DNA from: Candidatus Melainabacteria bacterium 17Bon1m
Lineage (GTDB): Bacteria > Cyanobacteriota > Vampirovibrionia > Obscuribacterales > Obscuribacteraceae
Reading direction: 5' to 3'
DNA length: 64,000 nucleotides
Assembly (NCBI GenBank): GCA_032128875.1
Contig: JAVLKG010000006.1
Coordinates: 32,001-96,000, forward strand
The number at the start of each line of letters is the position of its first letter. Positions within the stretch are counted from its first letter, which is position 1. Below are positions 38,737 through 47,790 of this stretch, in pieces. The notes beneath the pieces are model-generated. The model had not been told where the DNA came from and made no database searches. It saw nothing but the letters and a program-made list of their open reading frames with translations. Made by a program: the position numbers and the translations under genes.

Positions 38737-40083
38737 ATGACCAATCGCACAGTTCTAATCTCTCTTTTCTTAGGGATTTGTATCGGGGCATGGGCTCTCG
38801 ACCGCTGGGTGCTGGGCGGCAACGCCATCAACCTATTGCTGGCGTCGATTGTTGCTATCTCAGCAAGCCACATCGTTTGGCTTCTGTCTGTTCAGATTAA
38901 ATGGCATAAAGAGCGCAAGGACCACCCTTTCCAGGTTCCAGAGCTGGAATGGACTCCCTACATTAATATCTTTGTTTCTGCCAAAAATGAATCACGCGTT
39001 ATCGAGAGCTGCGTTCGCAATCTCTTCAAAATCGACTATCCAAATTTCGATATTTGGGTTATCGACGACGCCTCAACCGACAATACGCTGGAAATTCTTA
39101 AGCGCATGCAGTCTGAGCTGCCCCGCCTGAATGTTTTGGCCCGTACGCCTGGTTCGATGCCCGGTAAGTCTGCTGCCCTCAATGAATGCTTGCCTCTCTG
39201 CAAAGGCGACATAGTTGCGGTTTTCGATGCTGACTCTTTTGTTAAACCGGATTTCTTCAAGATTATGGTCCCGCTCCTCAAAGACGATGAAGTGGGCGCC
39301 GTACAGGCTCAGAAGAAAATTTACGAGCATCAAGAAGGTTTTCTGGTCGATTGCCAGGCTTCTGAGTACGCAATGGACACTTGCCTGCAGATGGGTCGTA
39401 CCCTGGTGGGCGGCGCCGTCGAACTGCGCGGCAACGGGCAGCTCGTAAAGCGTGCAGCCCTGGTTGACGTCGGCGGTTGGAACAACAACTCCATTACGGA
39501 TGACCTGGACTTGAGCATGCGATTGCTCATCCATCGCTACGACATCAAGTTCTGCCCTGATACGGCTGTTTTCGAAGAAGGTGTCGTCAATCTGCGTTCG
39601 CTCTTCCGCCAGCGCCGTCGCTGGGCGGAAGGTAGTATTCGGCGCTATTTGGACTACATCATCCCCCTGCAGTTTCCGTCACACGCTTCGCTGGTCGAGC
39701 GTTTTGACATATTGTCCTTCCTTGTAGAATTTGCCTGGCCTGCGCTCACGTTTATGGCTATCGCCCAAGTTATTGCCGATACTATGCATGGCGTTCCTAG
39801 CGATGCACCGGTTGTAATCGGGGTTTCTATATTTGCGATTGTGACCATTTGGGTGCCGCTTTATGCTGGTTTGCGTTTCTACCGCAAAGACCTTTCACCG
39901 TGGGCTGCAATAGTTAACGCTGTGGTCGTAAATTCGTATATCTTCGCGCTCTGGACGCCCTGTGTCGTGGTTTCCATCTGGCAAATCATGTTCCGCAGCA
40001 AAGCCTCGACATGGAAGCCCACCCAGCATTTTGGCAGTGTAGAAAGCCAAACTCATTTGACTGACGCCGGATCTTCGGTCTAG
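38737..40083 (+). CDS. mgdA: GT2, monoglucosyldiacylglycerol synthase-like (cyanobacterial MgdA type)
   Basis: SAKNE, DDASTD, GKSAALN, FDAD, ELRGNGQ, TDDLDL, EEGV, QRRRWAEG..RYLDY. Confidence 0.75.
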   Translation: MTNRTVLISLFLGICIGAWALDRWVLGGNAINLLLASIVAISASHIVWLLSVQIKWHKERKDHPFQVPELEWTPYINIFVSAKNESRVIESCVRNLFKIDYPNFDIWVIDDASTDNTLEILKRMQSELPRLNVLARTPGSMPGKSAALNECLPLCKGDIVAVFDADSFVKPDFFKIMVPLLKDDEVGAVQAQKKIYEHQEGFLVDCQASEYAMDTCLQMGRTLVGGAVELRGNGQLVKRAALVDVGGWNNNSITDDLDLSMRLLIHRYDIKFCPDTAVFEEGVVNLRSLFRQRRRWAEGSIRRYLDYIIPLQFPSHASLVERFDILSFLVEFAWPALTFMAIAQVIADTMHGVPSDAPVVIGVSIFAIVTIWVPLYAGLRFYRKDLSPWAAIVNAVVVNSYIFALWTPCVVVSIWQIMFRSKASTWKPTQHFGSVESQTHLTDAGSSV

Positions 40084-40179
40084 TAAGGTCTCTTGTAGTT
40101 GCTGCCAAGGACGCAGGGCGACCTGCGCAGCCGTGCTTTGTCTGTTTGCGTGTTTTTGCACTTTGAATATCTTTGGCAC

Positions 40180-40647
40180 CTAGTATGGTGCATATCCTAA
40201 TGACCACATCGCTATTGCCCTGATGTATTCGGGTGCTAGTAACCCGCAACCAAATACGGTGGCACCCGCGGCTATCGAAATCATTGATTCACGCCTCGAG
40301 ACTTTCAATCGGAGCACTCCGATTACAGTGCGAAAGGCACCGGTTATGAGCCCGCACAGATGTATTCCGCGTGCGATTTGTCGTATTAGCAGTCCCAGTT
40401 CTTGCGGGCACAGCACAGTGATGGAAAACTGATTGCGTTGATAAGAATTGATCATGTCGCCTTTGTAAAATCGCGACTTGAGCAGTTTTCCTACTGGATG
40501 TTTTACTTCTCTGGAAAGTGGCGCCAGCATCTTATGAGTGACAACAGCGCTGGCGTACTGGGCGTTTACAAAGGAAAAGACCAGAATCACAACCAGCGAA
40601 ATTCCCGCTGCTTTCATAGCTAGTTGTGCCAGTCTCTTTGAAGTCAC
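40180..40647 (-). CDS. Hypothetical membrane protein
   Basis: GGAG SD; signal-like N-terminus and two C-terminal hydrophobic helices. Confidence 0.6.
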   Translation of the reverse strand: MTSKRLAQLAMKAAGISLVVILVFSFVNAQYASAVVTHKMLAPLSREVKHPVGKLLKSRFYKGDMINSYQRNQFSITVLCPQELGLLIRQIARGIHLCGLITGAFRTVIGVLRLKVSRRESMISIAAGATVFGCGLLAPEYIRAIAMWSLGYAPY

Positions 40648-40840
40648 GGTACTTACTCCCGAATTAATTAGATTCTCCTCAAATTCGGCGCCTTTCAGAA
40701 TGAGTTAGGCACTGAAAGAGGATCAGGGTTATTACCGGGTCTGCCTGGCAACCTGGGTGAATGAGGGTCAATTGCCGCGCAGCTGATACTCTTATACGGC
40801 GGTCTGCGGAATCAGTATTTTTCGGCGCAAGGAGGCTAAG

Positions 40841-41062
40841 ATGAGCTCCAAAGAGCATGGCGGCAAAGGTCCCAGCGTTGCTGAGCTGGAGAAGTATGTA
40901 AGAGAAAAGGTGCGTCTTGAATTCTTTGTTGCAGGCGGCAAGAGCTATTCGGGGACTTTGCGCTGGTTCGACGAAGATGCTTTCGCCTTGTCCACAAAAG
41001 ATGGAGAGCCCCTTACGCTGCTGAAGAGTAGTGTGATCGGATATAAACCTGTTACCACTTAG
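40841..41062 (+). CDS. hfq: Hfq-like Sm protein, cyanobacterial type
   Basis: AGGAGG SD; PSV.EL...V helix, G.LRWFD Sm1 motif, short 73 aa; lacks the enterobacterial YKHA motif. Confidence 0.8.
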   Translation: MSSKEHGGKGPSVAELEKYVREKVRLEFFVAGGKSYSGTLRWFDEDAFALSTKDGEPLTLLKSSVIGYKPVTT

Positions 41063-41180
41063 CAAGCCGGAAGCCCTGATACTATGCCGATTAGCGTGTT
41101 AGCAAATGGGCTTTCGTGCTAGACTTAACGCTGGTAGCGCCTAATTTACCTGTATTTCTTTCGTCATCAGCAGGGGTTTC

Positions 41181-42215
41181 GTGGGCTTGTTCAAGAACTA
41201 TATGCGCAGAGGTATTGGTGTCGATCTGGGCACCGCGAATACCTTAATTTACGTAGATAAGCAGGGCATCGTCCTGCGAGAGCCGTCGGTCGTCGCTGTC
41301 GATGACTTGACCAACTCTGTCAGAGCCGTTGGTGAAGAAGCCCGGGCAATGCTTGGAAGAACACCGCAAGGTGTGCGCGCTACGCGACCACTTCGAGACG
41401 GGGTGATCGCTGAGTTTAAGTATGCTGAGTATATGCTCAAGGAATTTCTCAGTCGCGTGCTCAACGGCAATCGTGGCTGGATGGCACCTGATCTAGCAAT
41501 CGGCGTACCTTGCGGAATTACCGATGTAGAGCGCAATGCCGTCCGGCAGGCTGCTCGCAGCGCCGGCGCCGGGCAGACTTACCTTCCTGAAGAACCAATG
41601 GCTGCAGCCATCGGCTCCGGTTTGCCGGTTGCCGAAGCAACCGGTTCTATGATCGTTGATATCGGTGGTGGTACCACAGAAGTTGCCGTAATCTCTCTTT
41701 CCGGCATTGTCGTCAATGAATCTCTGCGCGTTGCAGGCGACGAACTGAACGATTCGATTATTCGTTATTTGAAAAAAGTTCACTCCCTGGCAATCGGAGA
41801 GCGCACTGCAGAGGAAATCAAATTCCGCCTGGGCAGCGCATACAAAACAGTAGAAAACGATCGTTATGAAGTTAGAGGTTTGAATCTCATCAATGGCTTG
41901 CCGCGCACTGTCACTATCAGCCGCGGTGAAGTCAGAGAAGCTATGACCGAAACATTGACCAGGGTTGTTGAAGCTGTCCGCAGAACGCTTGAGCGTTGCC
42001 CTCCAGAACTTGCCGCCGACATCTATGACCGCGGCATCATGCTGACGGGTGGCGGAGCGTTGCTGCAAGGGTTGGACGAACTCATCTCCAACGAGACCGA
42101 AGTACCGGTCCTCATTGCAGAAGATCCGCTCTCCGGCGTCGCAATCGGGACAGGCAAGATGTTGACCGATCCGGCATATCGTCGCGTCTTAGCGCACGCA
42201 CTCTGCGAAAGTTAG
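41181..42215 (+). CDS. mreB: Rod shape-determining protein MreB
   Basis: GVDLGTANT, EPSVVA, PLRDGVIA, EPMAAAIG, DIGGGTTEVA, LTGGGALL. Confidence 0.98.
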   Translation: MGLFKNYMRRGIGVDLGTANTLIYVDKQGIVLREPSVVAVDDLTNSVRAVGEEARAMLGRTPQGVRATRPLRDGVIAEFKYAEYMLKEFLSRVLNGNRGWMAPDLAIGVPCGITDVERNAVRQAARSAGAGQTYLPEEPMAAAIGSGLPVAEATGSMIVDIGGGTTEVAVISLSGIVVNESLRVAGDELNDSIIRYLKKVHSLAIGERTAEEIKFRLGSAYKTVENDRYEVRGLNLINGLPRTVTISRGEVREAMTETLTRVVEAVRRTLERCPPELAADIYDRGIMLTGGGALLQGLDELISNETEVPVLIAEDPLSGVAIGTGKMLTDPAYRRVLAHALCES

Positions 42216-42228
42216 GGAGACGTCACAG

Positions 42229-43032
42229 GTGGCATCCCAGAACCAGGGCAACCTTGATTCTGAGGCGATCGCTGAGGTTGTCTTCTTTCTTGTCGTCGTC
42301 TGGATGATCGCTGGTCCCATTCGCGGGACGGTTCTGTCGACGCAAACTTGGATAAGCTCGGTGTTCACCAAAGGCGCGACGCAGGTCGAGTCGACTAAGA
42401 ATTTGGCCGAAAAGCTTATTGAGTCTTCTGAGCGTATCAAGACCCTGGAAGAAAAACTTGCTAAGTCCGAACTGGAGTTGACCAAGTACAAGCAACAATC
42501 TAGAGATACCAACAAACTTCGGTTGCTGCTTGGTCTGCGTGAGAAAGCAGATCGCAAGACTATTGCTGCCGATGTTATCGCCCGCAATCCGGACAATTGG
42601 TTCGAGCAAATCACTGTGGACAAAGGCACGCACGAAGGCGTCACTGAAGGATCCGCAGTAATCACTTCCGATGGTGTCGTCGGGCAGGTTGTGAAAGTCA
42701 GCGACCACGCCTCTGTTGTGAAACTTTTGACAGACCCTGAAATGAAGCTCGGGGTTGTATTAAAGAAAACCGGCGTCACAGGCATTCTTTCCGGTAATTA
42801 CCAGAAGCAAGCAAAAATCGACTGGGTGCCTGTCGGAACCAATGTCGATGTCGGCGAGAAAGTCAGCTGTCTCGGCAAAGGCGGCACATTTCCTGAGAAT
42901 CACCCGGTTGGCACCGTTGTCGGCGTCCGTCGTGACACCAATGGAGCCTCCATGCAGATCGAAGTTAAGCTCAGCGAAAACTGTTACGATTTGAGTCAGG
43001 TTCTAATTCTTCCGCCCTTAACTGTCAGGTAA
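42229..43032 (+). CDS. mreC: Rod shape-determining protein MreC
   Basis: TM plus coiled coil; ADVIARNPDNWF, ITVDKG, GVVGQV, GGTFP; follows mreB. Confidence 0.93.
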   Translation: MASQNQGNLDSEAIAEVVFFLVVVWMIAGPIRGTVLSTQTWISSVFTKGATQVESTKNLAEKLIESSERIKTLEEKLAKSELELTKYKQQSRDTNKLRLLLGLREKADRKTIAADVIARNPDNWFEQITVDKGTHEGVTEGSAVITSDGVVGQVVKVSDHASVVKLLTDPEMKLGVVLKKTGVTGILSGNYQKQAKIDWVPVGTNVDVGEKVSCLGKGGTFPENHPVGTVVGVRRDTNGASMQIEVKLSENCYDLSQVLILPPLTVR

Positions 43033-43046
43033 GTCAGACTGGCTCC

Positions 43047-43652
43047 ATGCTGAATTTCGTTTCTATACGAGCAAGAAAACGCCTGGGCGAAATCGGATTC
43101 GCCGGGCTGATTGTGATTTTTGCCTGGCTTCTGCAAATTACTGTTTTGACGAAACTGTCTCTGGACAGTGTTTTATGTAGCTTGCCTCTGGCAATCACAA
43201 TAACGTGGGGAGCCGTTTTTGGTTCGCCATTGAGAAAACCGTCACCCGAAGAATTGCGGATGCAGCCTGTCGATCAAGCAATCATGATGCAGATTGCATC
43301 GGGCTCTGTCAGCGGCATGATCATCGGTGCTATTTTCGCTTCCTTCTATGCAACAGTGTCGCCTGTTTATCCGGTTGCTTATCCAATCGTCGGTTGGCTT
43401 GCCGGGTACTTCTCATTGAAGAGCTTCAATAAAGCTACTCTCCTGTGCATCCCGCTGGTTTTAGGCGGAACAGTCTTCGCCGAGTCCATTTCAGCTCTGC
43501 AATTGCACTTTGTCGGTCGTCCCGACGTTTTACCGAGACTGGCTGAGATTGCTTTTCCAGAGGCTATTCTCAACTCGCTTATCGCGCCATTCATCTACTT
43601 TCCGATGCGCGCCTGGTTCGAATTTTTCAACGTCCGCGATGTGCGAGAGTAA
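43047..43652 (+). CDS. mreD: Rod shape-determining protein MreD
   Basis: Polytopic hydrophobic protein between mreC and PBP2. Confidence 0.75.
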   Translation: MLNFVSIRARKRLGEIGFAGLIVIFAWLLQITVLTKLSLDSVLCSLPLAITITWGAVFGSPLRKPSPEELRMQPVDQAIMMQIASGSVSGMIIGAIFASFYATVSPVYPVAYPIVGWLAGYFSLKSFNKATLLCIPLVLGGTVFAESISALQLHFVGRPDVLPRLAEIAFPEAILNSLIAPFIYFPMRAWFEFFNVRDVRE

Positions 43653-43658
43653 AGCGAA

Positions 43659-45476
43659 ATGATTACGACGCCATCAACTCAACGTCAAACTCCGGCATTC
43701 GAAACCACAAGCAAGATGGTTGTTCTACTCGTGGTCATCAGTCTTTGTATGGTGGCGCTTGTCGTCAGGCTTTTCTGGCTTCAGGTTTTGCAGAATAAAT
43801 ATTACAAAGCCTGTGCGGTGGAGAATTCTACACGCGTTACTTTCTTACGGGCGCCTCGAGGGATTATTTACGATCGTCACGGCAATTTGCTGGCGACGAA
43901 CAAACAGTCACTGTCTATGGTGGCGATTCCAAATCAGATAGAGCACCTCTCTGATCTTTCTGTCCGCCTTTCCAAAGTGCTCGATTTGCCGGTGCAAAAA
44001 GTGCACGCTCAGTTGATGAAGGCAAAGGCGTCTCATGCCGTACTGCCCTATGTAATTGAGCACGATGTGGACATGAAGATCGTTTCGAATTTCTACGAGA
44101 ATAGACTATTCTTACCGGGCATCGACATACTCGCTGACGTTTCTCGCAACTATCCACAAGGCGAACTTTGCGCCCACGTGCTCGGATACTGTGGCGAAAT
44201 CACCTCGACCCAACTCGAGACTCGTCCAGAAAGACGTATGGGCGACGTTGTGGGACAAGATGGTGTCGAGAGACTCTACGACGTGCAATTGCGTGGAGTC
44301 GACGGCGAGCAGCGCGTCTCCGTCAATGCGATGGGAACTTCGCTGTCAAAAGAAACTGCCAAGCCGGTAATTACAAAAGAATCGCAAGCTGGACAACCGA
44401 TCGTTCTATCTATTGATTTGGATCTTCAAAGAGCTGCATGGAATGCTCTGGGCGATCGTTCAGGTGCAGTCGTAGCTATCGATCCGCAAACAGGCGAAGT
44501 GCTTGCGATGGTCTCGAGACCAAGTTTTGACCCTAATGTTTTTACACGTCGTATCACGCCTGCGGTGTGGAAGAAGATCAATGCGCCTTCCCACCCTATG
44601 CACAACCGCGCGCTTTCCGGCTTTCCTCCTGGTTCTATCTGGAAAGCCATTACGCTAATTGCGGCATTGGAAAACAAAGTTGTAAAACCTGATACAAAAC
44701 TGCATGTGTCCGGTGGTATCAGCCTTGGTGGCTTCTTCTTTGGTGACTGGACCCACACCACTGGTTTGTTCGACCTGGTGAAGTGTCTTGCCTGGTCACG
44801 AGATTCCGCTTTTTATCAAATGGGTCTGAAGATGACTCCCGAGATGATTAAAGAGTGGGGAGTAAAATTCGGTGCCGGTCGTCCCACTGGTGTAGAGCTG
44901 AGACACGAAGGCTCTGGTCTGGTTCCTGATTCTGCCTGGAAAGAGCGTGTGATGCATGAAAAATGGTATCCGGGCAACACGCTGCACATGTCGATCGGTC
45001 AGACATTCACGCAAGTCACACCGGCACAAGGCGCCCGCATTTTTGGTGCGTTTGGCATGCGCGGTCAAGTGCCAGGTCTGCATTTCGTTATGAAAATAGG
45101 AGATCGCCAGATCCCGCCGCCTGAAAAAGAAAAGATCAAAATGAATCCCAAGTTCTTGAAAGTAGTACTTGATGGATTGAAAGCAGTCGTATCAAGTGGA
45201 ACCGCCGGTGCTACCAAGCTAGGAAGCATTGAGGTTGCCGGTAAGACTGGTTCTGCAGAAGCGCCGCCGGCAGGCAGCAAAACTCACGCCTGGTTTGCTT
45301 GCTATGCACCAGCTGATAAGCCACGTATTGCCATGTGCTGCTTTGTGGAACACGGCGGACACGGCGGATCTATTTGCGCGCCAATAGCCAAACAAATTCT
45401 CGAGCATTACTTCGGTCTGAAGGACAATGCTCAGATAGTTCAAAAACCGCCTGCTGCAAAACCTAAGCGGCACTAA
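43659..45476 (+). CDS. mrdA: Penicillin-binding protein 2
   Basis: APRGIIYDR, PPGSIWK (SxxK), SRD (SxD), IGQ, KTGS. Confidence 0.93.
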   Translation: MITTPSTQRQTPAFETTSKMVVLLVVISLCMVALVVRLFWLQVLQNKYYKACAVENSTRVTFLRAPRGIIYDRHGNLLATNKQSLSMVAIPNQIEHLSDLSVRLSKVLDLPVQKVHAQLMKAKASHAVLPYVIEHDVDMKIVSNFYENRLFLPGIDILADVSRNYPQGELCAHVLGYCGEITSTQLETRPERRMGDVVGQDGVERLYDVQLRGVDGEQRVSVNAMGTSLSKETAKPVITKESQAGQPIVLSIDLDLQRAAWNALGDRSGAVVAIDPQTGEVLAMVSRPSFDPNVFTRRITPAVWKKINAPSHPMHNRALSGFPPGSIWKAITLIAALENKVVKPDTKLHVSGGISLGGFFFGDWTHTTGLFDLVKCLAWSRDSAFYQMGLKMTPEMIKEWGVKFGAGRPTGVELRHEGSGLVPDSAWKERVMHEKWYPGNTLHMSIGQTFTQVTPAQGARIFGAFGMRGQVPGLHFVMKIGDRQIPPPEKEKIKMNPKFLKVVLDGLKAVVSSGTAGATKLGSIEVAGKTGSAEAPPAGSKTHAWFACYAPADKPRIAMCCFVEHGGHGGSICAPIAKQILEHYFGLKDNAQIVQKPPAAKPKRH

Positions 45477-45543
45477 TAATCTGCAAATAGTTAAGTTGGT
45501 CGGCGCAATCGTTGCGAACATATCGTTTTGCTAATGCGCGAAG

Positions 45544-45571
45544 ATGATGAGCAGCTAATCATGCTCATCAT
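45544..45571. other. Perfect 10-8-10 inverted repeat
   Basis: ATGATGAGCA-GCTAATCA-TGCTCATCAT. Confidence 0.7.
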
Positions 45572-45659
45572 AAGTGTTTGTTCTTCTTATATAGAGAACA
45601 TATAAAGCGGTCGTCTGGACAAGAGTTTCAAAAGGCTGGATAATGGCAGCCAGTGTGCT

Positions 45660-46403
45660 TTGGCATTGGACGACAAGAAGACGACCGAGGACGACATGAC
45701 AAAAGTGATCAATACACCAAATCCGGTACCATCCTCGGATCCCACAGAAGAAGCGCCGTGCGAAGAAGCGCTCAAAACTCTTTTCTCTTCTGATGAAGTC
45801 GAAGGCAATAACGGAACGCCTGAAGATTCGGAAGAAATCGTGGTTATCGATGGTGCAGCAAACATGGTTAGTGAAGAGACAGGTGCACTTCCTGCTCAGT
45901 CACCAATCAATGCGCTGGCAAAACTCAGCGATACCGAAACAATTTCAAAGGCGGAATTGGTCAATGTACTTGAGAGTCTCGTCGGCGCCATCAAAGGCGA
46001 TATGGCTCTCACTACAACGAACAACATGGATTTCTCAGTTGCTGCACAGAGTCCGGAGAAGATTTCTGCAGTGTCTGTAGACGACAAGACGGCAGTCATT
46101 GAAGAGCTGCGCGGCTTGCTGCTCGAGGCACAAGAGACAATCATTCGATTGTTGAACGATCGCGTTGATGATCGAGCAAATCTGGCGCGTTTGGAAACAG
46201 AATTGAAGCTTTTGCCGGATCTGCAGAATCAAGCCGATCGAGCAATTGCTGTTGCTATCAATACAGATGATTTCCGTAGCGACTTGACTAAGGTAAAATT
46301 TGAATTAGAAAGACTCAGACTGGCCAAAGTCCGCGAAGAACTCGGAAACAAAAAGGGTTTCTGGACAGGCGTCAGAGGCTGGTTCTTCAATAAGGGTACA
46401 TAG
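45660..46403 (+). CDS. Acidic coiled-coil protein with C-terminal amphipathic helix
   Basis: Acidic low-complexity N-half, heptad C-half, KKGFWTGVRGWFF end; alternative start ATG 45696. Confidence 0.75.
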   Translation: MALDDKKTTEDDMTKVINTPNPVPSSDPTEEAPCEEALKTLFSSDEVEGNNGTPEDSEEIVVIDGAANMVSEETGALPAQSPINALAKLSDTETISKAELVNVLESLVGAIKGDMALTTTNNMDFSVAAQSPEKISAVSVDDKTAVIEELRGLLLEAQETIIRLLNDRVDDRANLARLETELKLLPDLQNQADRAIAVAINTDDFRSDLTKVKFELERLRLAKVREELGNKKGFWTGVRGWFFNKGT

Positions 46404-46414
46404 AAGCTTTCTCT

Positions 46415-47401
46415 ATGACAACTCAGCAAAGAGTGCTGGCGTTCCCCATGGACCGCTCCTTGGGCGATCTCTACCTGCTCGATGAGACAGCAGGAATCAA
46501 ATACATCGGTCAGGCGCGTGGGCGTGTGACCGTAGATCAAAACGCTCTTGTCAAGCTGTCTATCAATGACCCGCTCAATGCTTATTTGTCTCCGCTTGAC
46601 GATTTGCATCCTAACGACCTGGCCTCGGTATCTCTCTACAGCGCTTACATCAGTTCTGCCTCTATGACGCACCTGGCTCGTATGACGGGCTTGATAGAGC
46701 TCGATTTGGGCTATGCCCGCGTTATAAAAAGACTGGAAGCCGGTATCCCCAGCTCTGAAAACATCGATGGTCTCATCATTTATCTTCGCAAGCTGACAAA
46801 TTTGCGAACTCTCAAACTGGGACATATTCCCCTTACAGACTCCGGAATTCAACACGTTGCTGAATTGAAGAAGCTCGAAGTTCTCGATCTGGAAGAAACT
46901 AAGATCACCGACAACGGCATGTTGTATCTGCAAGAACTGACTAATCTAAAAATTCTTGATTTGCAAGGTGTCAACATCACAGGTCCTGGATTGAGAGCCT
47001 TTACACGGCTGAAGAATTTGCAGAATCTCGATCTTCAAGACACAAAACTCGATGACAAAGGCGCACAGTATCTTGCTCACCTGCATCAATTGAAATGGCT
47101 CAGGCTCAAGAGTACCCGCATAACTGATGAAGGAATGCAGCACCTTGCCGGCATGACTGGGCTAAGAGAGCTTGAACTGGACGACAATAACGTCACGGAT
47201 TTCGGTCTGATTCATTTGAGCGGCATGAGCCAGCTGCACACGCTCGATCTTTCATACACAAAAATCTCCGATTCCGGATTGCATTTGCTCTATGGATTGA
47301 TCAATCTGCAGAGCGTCGGCCTCAAAGGATTGAATCTTTCCGAAGGGGCTCTGAATGACCTGAGGTTGGCGCTTCCCGGCTGCCAGTTAGTACTTTCCTG
47401 A
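46415..47401 (+). CDS. Leucine-rich repeat protein (24-aa repeats)
   Basis: Repeated L..L..L..LDL..T.ITD.G...L. Confidence 0.93.
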   Translation: MTTQQRVLAFPMDRSLGDLYLLDETAGIKYIGQARGRVTVDQNALVKLSINDPLNAYLSPLDDLHPNDLASVSLYSAYISSASMTHLARMTGLIELDLGYARVIKRLEAGIPSSENIDGLIIYLRKLTNLRTLKLGHIPLTDSGIQHVAELKKLEVLDLEETKITDNGMLYLQELTNLKILDLQGVNITGPGLRAFTRLKNLQNLDLQDTKLDDKGAQYLAHLHQLKWLRLKSTRITDEGMQHLAGMTGLRELELDDNNVTDFGLIHLSGMSQLHTLDLSYTKISDSGLHLLYGLINLQSVGLKGLNLSEGALNDLRLALPGCQLVLS

Positions 47402-47412
47402 GTAAGAAAAAA

Positions 47413-47754
47413 ATGGCTTTATTAAACCGAAACACGGGTTTTATTCTCGGCAATGTAATTGGCATTACTGTATTAATCGCCGGCATTGTTTTGACGGCAC
47501 CGCAAAAACAAGCAGAGCAGGCTGAGATCGATAGGCGAAACAGCCAGCCAGTGGTGGTCGCTGTTTCAGACATAAAAGCTGGAACCAAAATAAGCGCAGA
47601 GTTGCTCAGAGAAGATCGAAAACCACATAGCGAAGTGCCACTGAATGCGGTTGTGGCAGCAAAAAAAATACTCGGACTTTTGACGAAATCCGATATCAAA
47701 AAAGATCAAGTCGTCACCTACACTGCCCTCGATCTTCAGTCAGGAACAAAGTAG
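47413..47754 (+). CDS. Membrane-anchored SAF-domain protein (CpaB/FlgA-like domain)
   Basis: N-terminal TM; VVVAVSDIKAGTKISAELL...ILG...DIKKDQVV. Confidence 0.8.
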   Translation: MALLNRNTGFILGNVIGITVLIAGIVLTAPQKQAEQAEIDRRNSQPVVVAVSDIKAGTKISAELLREDRKPHSEVPLNAVVAAKKILGLLTKSDIKKDQVVTYTALDLQSGTK

Positions 47755-47790
47755 AGCCTAAGTAATAGCGGTGCACCTGTGCCTGCCTGG

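Noticed and set aside
40648-40840. Glycine or TPP riboswitch upstream of hfq or the membrane protein (CTTTCAG..CTGAAAG stem, GGCGCCGAA)
   Set aside because: The remaining conserved aptamer elements are missing and the gene context does not fit
14-42272. HIP1 octamer GCGATCGC enrichment
   Set aside because: I noticed only about three copies by eye, far below HIP1-rich cyanobacteria; not counted computationally
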